A stretch of 64,000 nt of DNA. Origin: Flavobacterium sp. GTDB lineage: Bacteria; Pseudomonadota; Gammaproteobacteria; Pseudomonadales; Azotimanducaceae. Under the pieces are notes generated by a model, which did no database searches, had not been told where the DNA came from, and saw only the letters and a list, made by a program, of their open reading frames with translations. The stretch's first letter is position 1. Each line of letters begins with the position of its first letter. A program made the translations under genes and the position numbers. This document shows positions 47,316 to 57,193 of the stretch, piece by piece. The stretch is taken from assembly GCA_047616645.1 (NCBI GenBank), contig JBLHIH010000001.1, forward strand, positions 14,775 through 78,774, written 5' to 3'.

Positions 47316-48877
47316 GTATTCGACTATATATTCCGAGGGATTCAAGCTCACTCTCTGTTGGCGCTGAAGAAGTCGCTATCGCGCTGCAGTTGGCCCTCCA
47401 TTCAGAAGATGTATCAATCATTCGGAATGGTTCTAGGGGTCTTTACTGGCTAGAGCCAATGATCGAAGTTGAAACCTTAGAAGGTCGAGTTGCTTATGGT
47501 CCAGTTCAGGCGAGTGACGTTGCTGATTTACTCAACCATGGTTTTATCAAGGGCGAGCAAGGTCACCCTTTATGCTTGGGTCTGACAGAAGAAATCCCTT
47601 ACCTTAAAAAACAACAGCGCCTCACCTTCGCTCGAGCCGGCGTTATTGATCCGATTAGTCTTGATGACTACATAGCGACTAGTGGTTATAAGGGCTTAGA
47701 AAGAGCTATTACAATGACACCGCAGGAATTGATTGATGAAATCAAAGCGTCCGGCTTACGCGGTCGCGGTGGTGCGGCTTTTCCCACTGGAATCAAGTGG
47801 CAAACAGTTTTAAATGCTCAAGCAAACGGCCTATCAGCCCAAAAGTATATTGTTTGCAATGCCGATGAAGGTGATTCAGGCACTTTCGCTGACCGTCTAC
47901 AAATGGAAGCTGATCCCTTTGGTTTAATAGAGGGCATGACGATTGCGGGTCTCGCTGTAGGAGCAAGCGATGGTTATATCTATTTACGTGAAGAATATCC
48001 TCATGCACATGAAATTCTAGACGCGGCAATTGTCATTGCTGAAGCAAATAACTACCTTGGCGATAACGTGCTTAATTCAGGCAAAGCTTTCCGCCTTGAA
48101 GTTCGCCTTGGTGCCAAAGCCTATATTTGCGGTGAAGAAACCGCCCTTTTAGAAAGTCTGGAAGGTAAGCGCGGCATGGTGCGTCCAAAGCCCCCTCTTC
48201 CCGCAATTGAAGGCCTATTTGGACAACCAACAGTTATCAACAATGTGCTTTCACTTTCTACTGTTGCCATCATTCTTGCCAAAGGCGCTGAGTTTTATAA
48301 GTCCTTCGGTATGGGTCGCTCTAGAGGCACTATGCCTTTCCAACTTGCTGGCAATTTAAAACAGGCTGGCTTGGTCGAATTGGCTTTTGGGGTTAGTTTG
48401 AGAGAACTCATCTACGATTTCGGCTGTGGCAGTCGTTCGGGAAAACCACTTCGTTCCGTACAAGCGGGTGGACCCTTGGGCACCTATATGCCGGAATCAC
48501 AGTGGGATGTCGCCATGGACTATGAAGAGATGGCAAAGCTTGATGCTGTGCTAGGACATGGTGGTATCGTTGCTTTTGATGACAGTGTCGATATGGCAAT
48601 ACAAGCGCGATTTTCTATGGCGTTCTGCGTTGAAGAGTCCTGCGGAAAATGTACGCCATGCCGTATTGGTTCAACTCGCGGTGTTGAGGTAATAGATCGT
48701 ATTAGAGCCGATGAAGACCGTACAAATAATATCGAATTGTTGGAAGAGCTTTGCGACACAATGGTCCATGGTTCTTTATGTGCAATGGGTGGCATGACGC
48801 CCTTTCCAGTACAAAGCGCGTTAAAACATTTCCCTGAAGACTTCACAAAACCATCTCGAATGGTCGAAAGTATATAA
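47312..48877 (+). CDS. fdsB: NAD-dependent formate dehydrogenase beta subunit (NuoF-like, FMN/NAD/4Fe-4S)
   Basis: 521-aa ORF. GLRGRGGAAFPTG, CNADEGDSGTF and ESCGKCTPCR motifs. The GTG start overlaps the fdsG stop. Confidence 0.9.
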   Translation: MSIRLYIPRDSSSLSVGAEEVAIALQLALHSEDVSIIRNGSRGLYWLEPMIEVETLEGRVAYGPVQASDVADLLNHGFIKGEQGHPLCLGLTEEIPYLKKQQRLTFARAGVIDPISLDDYIATSGYKGLERAITMTPQELIDEIKASGLRGRGGAAFPTGIKWQTVLNAQANGLSAQKYIVCNADEGDSGTFADRLQMEADPFGLIEGMTIAGLAVGASDGYIYLREEYPHAHEILDAAIVIAEANNYLGDNVLNSGKAFRLEVRLGAKAYICGEETALLESLEGKRGMVRPKPPLPAIEGLFGQPTVINNVLSLSTVAIILAKGAEFYKSFGMGRSRGTMPFQLAGNLKQAGLVELAFGVSLRELIYDFGCGSRSGKPLRSVQAGGPLGTYMPESQWDVAMDYEEMAKLDAVLGHGGIVAFDDSVDMAIQARFSMAFCVEESCGKCTPCRIGSTRGVEVIDRIRADEDRTNNIELLEELCDTMVHGSLCAMGGMTPFPVQSALKHFPEDFTKPSRMVESI

Positions 48878-48905
48878 TTAGGTCGCACATAAGTAGGTAA
48901 TAAAT

Positions 48906-51788
48906 ATGTTGGAATATTTCGATCCAAGAACTGATTTAGATTGTGAGATAGATTACGGGACGCCCCCTACTTCTGTTGACCCAACACCTGTGGCTGACTT
49001 AGTTAGCCTAAAAGTTGACGGCAATGACATTAAAGTACCAAAGGGGACTTCGGTATTAGCCGCAGCAGCGATGGCCGGCATCAATATTCCCAAGCTCTGT
49101 GCGACAGATAGTCTGGAAGCTTTTGGATCTTGCCGTTTATGCCTTGTCCAGATTGAAGGTCGTCGAGGCTACCCTTCATCCTGTACAACGCCAGTTGAAG
49201 AAGGCATGCTCGTTAAAACGCAGAATGAAAAAATCGCTACATTGCGTCGCAACGTGATGGAAATGTATATTTCCGACCATCCTCTTGACTGCCTAACGTG
49301 TCCTGTTAATGGCAATTGTGAATTGCAAGACATGGCAGGCAGCGTCGGTTTACGTAATGTGCGCTATGGTTATGAAGGCGATAATCATCTTGATGCTGAG
49401 AAAGACACCTCGAACCCCTATTTTACCTTCGACCCCAGTAAATGTATCGTTTGCTCACGTTGTGTACGCGCTTGTGAAGAAACTCAAGGTACTTTTGCTT
49501 TAACTATTTCTGGTAGAGGTTTCGAATCTAAGGTCTCACCTGGAGAAGACCAAGCTTTTATGGATTCTGAATGTGTGTCTTGTGGTGCTTGTGTACAGGC
49601 CTGTCCAACAGCAACACTGACAGAAAACTCCATTATTGATAAAGGTCAACCAGACCATTCTGTTATCACAACCTGTGCCTATTGTGGCGTTGGATGTGCC
49701 TTTAAAGCTGATATGAAAGGTGATGAAGTTGTTCGAATGACACCATGGAAAGGTGGCAAGGCCAACCGAGGGCACTCCTGTATAAAAGGTCGGTTTGCCT
49801 TTAGTTACGCGACACATAGTGATCGTATCATTACGCCAATGATTCGCGAATCGATTGATCAGCCCTGGAGAAAGGTCTCTTTCGATGAGGCATTTGAATT
49901 TGCCGCAGCGCGGATTAAACATATCCAAGGCAAATATGGACGGCTTTCTGTTGGTGGTATTACCTCCTCACGTTGTACCAATGAAGAAACCTATCTTGTA
50001 CAAAAAATGGTACGTACCGCTTTTGGTAATAATAATGTCGATACCTGTGCTCGAGTATGCCACTCACCTACGGGCTTTGGTTTAAAAACGACCCTTGGAG
50101 AATCTGCAGGTACACAGACATTTGATTCGGTAGAGAAATCAGATGTCATCATGGTGATTGGTGCTAACCCAACGGATGCGCATCCCGTGTTTGGATCGCG
50201 CATGAAAAAACGCTTAAGAGAAGGCGCGAAACTGATTGTTGTTGATCCTCGAAGCATTGATCTTGTTGACGGCCCGCATGTAAAAGCTGATTACCATGTA
50301 AAACTTCTCCCCGGTACCAATGTCGCCTTCGTCAATGCTATGGCTCATGTCATTATTGATGAAGGGCTTGAAGCCAAAGCCTTTATAGAAGATCGATGCG
50401 AAATTGAGGCTTTTAAAAAGTGGAAGTCGTTTATCGGTGATATTCGCCACTCACCAGAAGCGACTGAGAAAAATACAGGTGTTCCTGCAGATATCATACG
50501 AAATGCCGCCCGCCTCTATGCATCTGGCGGTAATGGTGCTGTTTATTACGGCCTCGGCGTGACAGAGCACAGTCAAGGATCAAGTGCTGTCATGGGTATC
50601 GCGAACCTTGCTATGTTAACTGGCAACATTGGTCGAGAAGGCGTTGGCGTTAACCCTTTGCGCGGCCAAAACAACGTCCAAGGTTCCTGCGATATGGGGT
50701 CTTTTCCCCATGAACTCCCCGGCTATCGTCATATATCGGGTCAGGAAGTGCGAAGTCAATTTGAAAAAGCATGGAAGGTGGAACTTGACCCAGAACCCGG
50801 CTATCGCATCACGAATATGCTAGATGCTGCCGTAGAAGGAACTTACAAAGGGCTATATATTCAAGGCGAAGATATTGCACAATCAGATCCGAATACACAC
50901 CATGTTGAAGCGGCTCTGCGCGGGCTGGAATGCTTGATTGTTCAGGATATATTTCTTAACGAAACCGCCAAATATGCACATGTTTTTCTGCCTGGTACGA
51001 GTTTCCTAGAGAAAAGCGGCACCTTTACTAACGCCGAACGTCGAATATCCCCTGTTCGCAAGGTGATGCCACCGCTTCCGGGTTTAGAAGATTGGCAAGT
51101 CACCATGGGCTTATCTAAAGCATTAGGGTACGAGATGAATTACAGCCACCCTTCTGAAATTATGGACGAAATTGCAACCCTCACACCTACTTTCTCTGGT
51201 GTTTCTTACAAGCGATTAGACGAAGAAGGTTCATTGCAGTGGCCCTGTAATAGCCTGGCACCAATGGGTACACCCATTATGCATGTGGATGAATTTGTTC
51301 GAGGTAAGGGTTTCTTTGCTCTCACAGAATATGTGCCTACGGATGAAAAGGTAAACAGGAAATTTCCTTTGTTATTAACGACTGGACGCATACTTTCCCA
51401 ATACAATGTCGGTGCACAGACACGGAGAACCCCGAATTCCACTTGGCATTCTGAGGACGTTTTCGAAATTCACCCTCAAGATGCAGAAGATCGAGGCATC
51501 AATAATGGGGATAGAGTGGCTTTATCTAGCCGAAGCGGTTCGACAACCTTACATGCACTCATTACTGAACGCATGCAACCAGGGGTCGTATACACGACAT
51601 TCCATCACCCAAATACGGGGGCAAATGTAGTCACCACAGATAACTCAGATTGGGCAACCAACTGTCCAGAATATAAGGTCACTGCTGTGCAAGCCAACAA
51701 GGTGACTAGCGCAGATGTCACCTCAGAATGGCAGACGCAGTTTGAGGAATTTTCAAAGACTCAATTGGCCTATGTAGAAAATGATTGA
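48906..51788 (+). CDS. fdsA: NAD-dependent formate dehydrogenase alpha subunit (molybdopterin; Cys-type active site)
   Basis: 960-aa ORF. NuoG-like N-terminal Fe-S domains and an MopB catalytic domain with CARVCHSPT (Cys codon TGC at 50058-50060, where Sec-type enzymes have UGA). Confidence 0.9.
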   Translation: MLEYFDPRTDLDCEIDYGTPPTSVDPTPVADLVSLKVDGNDIKVPKGTSVLAAAAMAGINIPKLCATDSLEAFGSCRLCLVQIEGRRGYPSSCTTPVEEGMLVKTQNEKIATLRRNVMEMYISDHPLDCLTCPVNGNCELQDMAGSVGLRNVRYGYEGDNHLDAEKDTSNPYFTFDPSKCIVCSRCVRACEETQGTFALTISGRGFESKVSPGEDQAFMDSECVSCGACVQACPTATLTENSIIDKGQPDHSVITTCAYCGVGCAFKADMKGDEVVRMTPWKGGKANRGHSCIKGRFAFSYATHSDRIITPMIRESIDQPWRKVSFDEAFEFAAARIKHIQGKYGRLSVGGITSSRCTNEETYLVQKMVRTAFGNNNVDTCARVCHSPTGFGLKTTLGESAGTQTFDSVEKSDVIMVIGANPTDAHPVFGSRMKKRLREGAKLIVVDPRSIDLVDGPHVKADYHVKLLPGTNVAFVNAMAHVIIDEGLEAKAFIEDRCEIEAFKKWKSFIGDIRHSPEATEKNTGVPADIIRNAARLYASGGNGAVYYGLGVTEHSQGSSAVMGIANLAMLTGNIGREGVGVNPLRGQNNVQGSCDMGSFPHELPGYRHISGQEVRSQFEKAWKVELDPEPGYRITNMLDAAVEGTYKGLYIQGEDIAQSDPNTHHVEAALRGLECLIVQDIFLNETAKYAHVFLPGTSFLEKSGTFTNAERRISPVRKVMPPLPGLEDWQVTMGLSKALGYEMNYSHPSEIMDEIATLTPTFSGVSYKRLDEEGSLQWPCNSLAPMGTPIMHVDEFVRGKGFFALTEYVPTDEKVNRKFPLLLTTGRILSQYNVGAQTRRTPNSTWHSEDVFEIHPQDAEDRGINNGDRVALSSRSGSTTLHALITERMQPGVVYTTFHHPNTGANVVTTDNSDWATNCPEYKVTAVQANKVTSADVTSEWQTQFEEFSKTQLAYVEND

Positions 51789-51826
51789 TAAGCCTCCACT
51801 GACTTTGCAATAGAAGGGACTGATAC

Positions 51827-52057
51827 ATGTCCGAGCTACAACACCTGATTAAAATGGCTAACCAGATAGCCCAGAATATTGGCATCGGTGCTTCAGAAGA
51901 AGAAACAATCGACAAGGTTGAAAACCACATAAGGCTTTTTTGGGCGCCGCCCATGCGTAAAAAAATATGTGATTATATCGAGACAGATGGAAGTGATTTG
52001 CACCCCTTCGCGTGCAAAGCATTACTAAAATTGAAAGGTAAACTATTGTTAACGTAG
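51827..52057 (+). CDS. fdsD: formate dehydrogenase delta subunit
   Basis: 76-aa ORF. LIKMANQIAQN ... HIRLFWAPPMR block typical of FdsD. Directly downstream of fdsA. Confidence 0.75.
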   Translation: MSELQHLIKMANQIAQNIGIGASEEETIDKVENHIRLFWAPPMRKKICDYIETDGSDLHPFACKALLKLKGKLLLT

Positions 52058-52090
52058 TTTAAGCTTATCGACTGATGGACCGACGTTTAT

Positions 52091-53098
52091 CTAACGAGCG
52101 AATGCATTGATTCTGTCGACCAATTCTTGACTGACCATTACACCCTGTTTGGAGGTTGTCTCACTCATTGCTATTTTTTCAAGACCCGCTAATTTTGCAT
52201 CTTCTTGTTCATTGATTGATTCAATCAGTCTTGAAACATTGTCAAAAAAAACATCACCAGAAAATGCATATGGATCGAACGCGATAAAGCACTGACCGGT
52301 GCGAGGCGGCCCACCTTTTGTACCAGAAAATGGTGTTGCATCTATACTTAATGCTGCACCGGCTAAACACGAGGCCATGAGTTCAACGAACAATCCCGTA
52401 TTAAATCCTTTATAACCACCCGATGGCGCCATTGTGCCCTTTAATGCCTCAGCAGCATCAGTAGTAGGCTGACCGAACGCATCAAAAGCCCAGCTTTCAT
52501 CTATCGCTGTGCCAGTTCGTGATCTCAGCAAGATTTCGGACTTTGCCACCACACTCGCAGACTGATCTATGACGAATCCTACTTGACCATCTTTACTAGG
52601 CACTGCAATTGAGTAGGGATTGGTTCCGATTACCGCCTTTTTCGTGCCGACGGGGGCGATGGATGCTGGCGCGTGGGTAAAACATAAGCCTAGCAAACCT
52701 TCTTCGGCGATTCTTTTAGAATGGTGCCCCAAAACGCCACAATTATAAGAATTGTGTACGGTCATGACAGCAACGCCGTTTTCCCGTGCAGCGTCGGTAA
52801 ACATCGACCAGCCTGAATCAATAGCGGGATGTGCAAATCCTGTTTTGGCATCAACGCGGATTGAGCCGCTTTTCACTTTTTCGATTTCAGGTACGGCATG
52901 TCCGTCAACCTTTCCGCAGACGACATGTTCTGCATAAATAGGCACGTAAAGTAAACCGTGACTTTTTATACCATCACGTTCAGCCAAATAGGTTGAATTG
53001 GCAACGGCATCTGCATTCTTTTTGCTTGCTCCAGCGCCTTCTAATGCTGCAGTGGCAATCTGTCTAACTTCATCAAGGCTAAGATTTATTTCGTTCAT
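52091..53098 (-). CDS. Ldh_2 family (malate/L-lactate/sulfolactate/DpkA-type) NAD(P)H-dependent oxidoreductase
   Basis: 335-aa ORF. SHGLLYVPIY, GFAHPA, GTNPYSIAVP and APSGGYKGF blocks of the type-2 malate/lactate dehydrogenase family. Confidence 0.8.
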   Translation of the reverse strand: MNEINLSLDEVRQIATAALEGAGASKKNADAVANSTYLAERDGIKSHGLLYVPIYAEHVVCGKVDGHAVPEIEKVKSGSIRVDAKTGFAHPAIDSGWSMFTDAARENGVAVMTVHNSYNCGVLGHHSKRIAEEGLLGLCFTHAPASIAPVGTKKAVIGTNPYSIAVPSKDGQVGFVIDQSASVVAKSEILLRSRTGTAIDESWAFDAFGQPTTDAAEALKGTMAPSGGYKGFNTGLFVELMASCLAGAALSIDATPFSGTKGGPPRTGQCFIAFDPYAFSGDVFFDNVSRLIESINEQEDAKLAGLEKIAMSETTSKQGVMVSQELVDRINAFAR

Positions 53099-53227
53099 AG
53101 TTTATATTTCGAGGAAAGCGTAATGCTCGCATTTAGGCACAACCCGAGCCATTCGTTAAGTAAGTTATTTAGATCGATTGATAAATAAATATGATAACTG
53201 TCCGACTCCCCTTCGCGCTATAAATAT

Positions 53228-53947
53228 TTACAACAAGCTATTTAGTGTTGAAACACCCATAGGCTTACCACAAAACTCCTGCATTGCATCAAGTAATCCT
53301 TCCCACAAAAATTCATTCGTACTTAAATCCGCAAGAATAAAAAAGCAAAGTGTGTCTCCTTGATCGAGACGAATCACTATCGAATTAACCCGTGCAAGGA
53401 ATGTTTGCGCAACATTAAACTGATCAAATTTGTGTGGACGCATATCTACCGCACAGACTTTAGATAATACTTGTGCGGCTAGCGAGCCGGTCAGTGCAAA
53501 GCAGCCATGACTATCCGCTCGTTCAAGTAAATAGCTTCGAATGCCTATATTCATAGACAAATTATTACGAAGCTTTCGCAGCTTTGAATTTTCGCTAGCA
53601 ACAGGGTCCAGCATAAGATATTCATGATCTGAAAGGCGAGCAACCGTTAGACCCTCTCGGCTTATGCAAGCCTCGTTTGGTCTTTCAGGTAGACTAATGT
53701 TCTGGTTTGATAACCAGCTTGAGGTATCAACACCTTTAAATCCAAGTCTGGACACGCCAGTTAAGTCGAAAATTGCTAAGGATTGAGCTTGTTTGATACC
53801 TAATTCCTCATCTTCTGGGTAGCTATTGACCAACACAGATTCAGATCGACCCACAAACTGTGCCTTGCGAGATTCATGATATCGATATAAGGGACTTCGG
53901 CGCGCGACATTCGTTGGTGAATTATTTAAGTTCTCGGACATGTTCAT
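53228..53947 (-). CDS. soxG: sarcosine oxidase gamma subunit
   Basis: 239-aa ORF overlapping the soxA stop by 4 nt. Size and position are as in soxBDAG operons. Sequence recognition is weak. Confidence 0.7.
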   Translation of the reverse strand: MNMSENLNNSPTNVARRSPLYRYHESRKAQFVGRSESVLVNSYPEDEELGIKQAQSLAIFDLTGVSRLGFKGVDTSSWLSNQNISLPERPNEACISREGLTVARLSDHEYLMLDPVASENSKLRKLRNNLSMNIGIRSYLLERADSHGCFALTGSLAAQVLSKVCAVDMRPHKFDQFNVAQTFLARVNSIVIRLDQGDTLCFFILADLSTNEFLWEGLLDAMQEFCGKPMGVSTLNSLL

Positions 53948-56880
53948 AGGGCCTGTCGTTTGTTTTTAGCATCGTAAAATGGCAGAGCAGTGACTTCTGC
54001 ACTGACTCGGACCCCCTTACTGCTCTTGATTTCTATAATGCTACCCGGTTCGGATTTTTTCATTGAGACGTATGCCAAGCCAACAATCTTATCAAGGGTC
54101 GCTGAATAAGCGCAGGATGTAACTCGACCAATCATCGTCTCGCCCTCCAACACTAAATGAGATTCCTGTGGTTGTGGACCTGTATTTGTTTGTATTGAAA
54201 AGCCGACCAGCGCACGTGTCTGGGCCTTTTTTTCCAGCTCTCGAATCGTTCGGGCGCCGACAAAGAAAGGCTTTTTACGTGCTATTGCCCATGCCATCTG
54301 TACCTCAATAGGGTTGGTCATAGCATCCGTATCTTGGCCGATGATCACGTGGCCTTTCTCCAAACGGAGTATTCGCTGCGCTTCGACGCCAAAAGGTTTT
54401 ATACCCATCGCCTCGCCTGCTTGGATTAATAAATCCCAGAGTTGCTCACCATATTGCTGTGGCACATGAATCTCATAACCGAGTTCCCCAACAAAACCAA
54501 CGCGAATGATGCGTGCCGGGATGCCTGATAAAGTGCCTGTACGAACGCCCATATATGGAAAATCTTCACGGGACAATTTAATGTCGTCACAAACCTTTGC
54601 CAATACTGTTCTGGAATGTGGGCCCGCGAGATTCACACCACACCAAGCAGTTGTCACGTTGGTAATATCGACATCCATACGCCATTGGGCGTTCCATTTC
54701 AGCATGCTTTGATGAACACGACCCACGCCTCCTGTTGTGGCGGTGACATAAAAATGATCCTTTTGAAAACGACAAGCGACACCATCATCGATCACCACAC
54801 CAGCGTCGTTTGTTAGCAGCGCGTAGCGTGCTTGACCAATTGACTGTTTCACAAAAGCAAAGGTATAAAAACGATTTAAGAAAATAGCCGCATCTGGACC
54901 ACGTACTTCAATGCCGCCTAAAGTTGAGACGTCGATCAGACCCACATTCTTGCGAACATTGATTACTTCAGCGTTAATAACTTCGTCGGAGGAGGAGGGT
55001 TTTACGGAATAGTAGGCCGGTCTATACCACTCGCCTGCCAACATCATTTGGGCACCAGCTTCGATATGACGGTAGTGCATATTGGTTCTTCGTACGGGAT
55101 AAAAACTGCGTCCGGCATTGTGCGCAATTAGTTCTGCTGCGAAAGGCGGTCTTGCGGTGGTTACGCCAATTTCGGCGACGGTGCGACCTGTCGCCTCCGC
55201 TACTAAGCGAGCAGCGGCCAGTGCGGAATGTCTACCCTGCGATGGACCCATTCCGCAAGTTGAATAGCGTTTTACTAATTGAATATGCTCATAGCCCTCA
55301 CGGGTCGCATTAACAATATCTTTAATCTGTAGGTCTTCATCAAAATCGACAAATTCTTTGCCTTTAGGGTGGGAAAACATCGGCCAGTCAAAGTTGACAT
55401 TTTGGGCCAAGGGATCATCTCCGGCGAACTTTGTTATGGGTCTGGTTTCGCCCTTAACGTTTGCTGCCGCTATAGCACCCGTATAACTACCCTCAGCAAG
55501 TACATCATCTAGTCCCCATTTGCCATTCACAGACCCGGCAATTGAGAAATGCTCTGGGTAGTTGTTTAAAGTAAAGGCACAGGATTCATCGTCATAGCTC
55601 AATTGTCCTCCCGCCTGACAAATCAACTGATAGGTGGGTACATAACCAATTGACATACAGAGCAGATCACAGTCAATGATCTCTTTGGAAGATGAACATT
55701 TTCCTCGACTGATAATTGATCGTACATCAACCTTCTTAATACGCTGTGCCCGTCGATCCATAAAGGCTTCATACACAGTACTGTTCTGATGTATCGTAAT
55801 ACCCGCTCTGACGATCGATCTATACAACGCAGTGTCAACGGGTTCAGCGCGCATATCCACAACTGCCTTTATACATACTCCTGCTTCCATCAGATCTAAA
55901 GCAGTGGCGTAGCCTTCATTGTTACCGGTTAATATAACAGCGCAATTCCCAGGTTTAATTCCGTAGAGGTGAACTAATCGTTGTGCTGCACTAGACATGA
56001 CAACCCCTGGGATATCATTGCCTCTAAATACGGCTTGTTGTTCCAAAGAACCCGTACAGGCCACCACTTCTTTTGCTCGCACTTTATACAGGCGGTTTTC
56101 AGCAACAAGTGCCAACCAATTATCCGCATGCCAACTATTGACTGTGGTACTTGTTAACACTTCAATATTCTCGGCAGACTCGACTTGTTCAATGAGTGAT
56201 TGCCTTAACTGTTTAGCAGCGACTGTAATCTCATCAAAACGTGCGTAATTAAGTGAGCCGCCTAGCACAGGGTTTTCATCGATTATCATGACATCAACGC
56301 CGGTCTTAGCTGCTTCCAATCCTGCGGACAATCCAGCAGGGCCACCACCAATCACTAGTACATCAGCGAACTTATATTGTTTGTCAAAATATGTCGGCTC
56401 GAAGGATTCGTCAATTTTGCCGAGGCCTGACTGTTTACGGATGAAGGGTGCCCAAAGCTCCCAAATTCCCTTCGGTCTAAAAAAAGCTTTGTAGTAAAAT
56501 CCAACTGGCAGAAATCGAGATAACAATCCTGTAAAGGCTTGAAGGTCGTATCTTAAGGAACCTGTAAAGTTTTGAGCCTCAACTACCAAATCTTGTTGAA
56601 CATTCTTTTTATCCGCCAAGGTATTGGGTGCAGACGGTAGTTGCACTAAGGTATTTGCATCTTGTCCCGCCATGGTCAAAGGACCTCGGGGGCGGTGATA
56701 TTTAAATGACCGACTCATTAACCAATGTCCTTCAGCTATAAGAGCGCTGGCTATCGTGTCGCCTTCAAAACCTTTGATAACTTGTTTTTCGAAACTAAAA
56801 GATAATGGTTTGGAACGATCGATTAATAAGCCGTACGCTTTGGGCAAGCGTGATGATGAAGCAGTATTTTTTGGATACAT
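53944..56880 (-). CDS. soxA: sarcosine oxidase alpha subunit
   Basis: 978-aa ORF. N-terminal 2Fe-2S-like/FAD-NAD domains (VIGGGPAGLSAG) and a C-terminal GcvT-like folate-binding domain (GFVGELGYEIH). Confidence 0.9.
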   Translation of the reverse strand: MYPKNTASSSRLPKAYGLLIDRSKPLSFSFEKQVIKGFEGDTIASALIAEGHWLMSRSFKYHRPRGPLTMAGQDANTLVQLPSAPNTLADKKNVQQDLVVEAQNFTGSLRYDLQAFTGLLSRFLPVGFYYKAFFRPKGIWELWAPFIRKQSGLGKIDESFEPTYFDKQYKFADVLVIGGGPAGLSAGLEAAKTGVDVMIIDENPVLGGSLNYARFDEITVAAKQLRQSLIEQVESAENIEVLTSTTVNSWHADNWLALVAENRLYKVRAKEVVACTGSLEQQAVFRGNDIPGVVMSSAAQRLVHLYGIKPGNCAVILTGNNEGYATALDLMEAGVCIKAVVDMRAEPVDTALYRSIVRAGITIHQNSTVYEAFMDRRAQRIKKVDVRSIISRGKCSSSKEIIDCDLLCMSIGYVPTYQLICQAGGQLSYDDESCAFTLNNYPEHFSIAGSVNGKWGLDDVLAEGSYTGAIAAANVKGETRPITKFAGDDPLAQNVNFDWPMFSHPKGKEFVDFDEDLQIKDIVNATREGYEHIQLVKRYSTCGMGPSQGRHSALAAARLVAEATGRTVAEIGVTTARPPFAAELIAHNAGRSFYPVRRTNMHYRHIEAGAQMMLAGEWYRPAYYSVKPSSSDEVINAEVINVRKNVGLIDVSTLGGIEVRGPDAAIFLNRFYTFAFVKQSIGQARYALLTNDAGVVIDDGVACRFQKDHFYVTATTGGVGRVHQSMLKWNAQWRMDVDITNVTTAWCGVNLAGPHSRTVLAKVCDDIKLSREDFPYMGVRTGTLSGIPARIIRVGFVGELGYEIHVPQQYGEQLWDLLIQAGEAMGIKPFGVEAQRILRLEKGHVIIGQDTDAMTNPIEVQMAWAIARKKPFFVGARTIRELEKKAQTRALVGFSIQTNTGPQPQESHLVLEGETMIGRVTSCAYSATLDKIVGLAYVSMKKSEPGSIIEIKSSKGVRVSAEVTALPFYDAKNKRQAL

Positions 56881-56885
56881 GATAT

Positions 56886-57182
56886 CTAGCCTGCCCCATC
56901 GGTTTTGCTATTTTGCTTCTTTGAATTTGTTAGCTCGCTTGCTTTAAATGTACGGACGATGTGGTCTGTGACAGTATTACGCTCAGCAAGAAACCAGTAA
57001 GCGCTTGCCATATGAAACCACCATTCGGTCACCACGCCCGCCTTGTTGTCATGGAAAAAGACATACTCAGCCCATTCTCGCGCGTCGCTTGTTTGATCAT
57101 CTGGCATCGGGTGATACTCGCCGCCATAGGAAAATTCACTAATATTACGCGGGCCGTTCAATGGACAGGTTAGCAATTTCAT
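56886..57182 (-). CDS. soxD: sarcosine oxidase delta subunit
   Basis: 98-aa ORF. MKLLTCPLNGPRNISEF.YGGE N-terminus typical of SoxD. Confidence 0.85.
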   Translation of the reverse strand: MKLLTCPLNGPRNISEFSYGGEYHPMPDDQTSDAREWAEYVFFHDNKAGVVTEWWFHMASAYWFLAERNTVTDHIVRTFKASELTNSKKQNSKTDGAG

Positions 57183-57193
57183 AATACTCTCTC

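Noticed and set aside
50058-50060. Possible selenocysteine in the formate dehydrogenase alpha subunit, given selU and the UxxC candidate in the window.
   Set aside because: The active-site codon in CARVCHSPT is TGC (Cys) and the 960-aa ORF is uninterrupted. This is a Cys-type NAD-linked FdsA, not a Sec enzyme.
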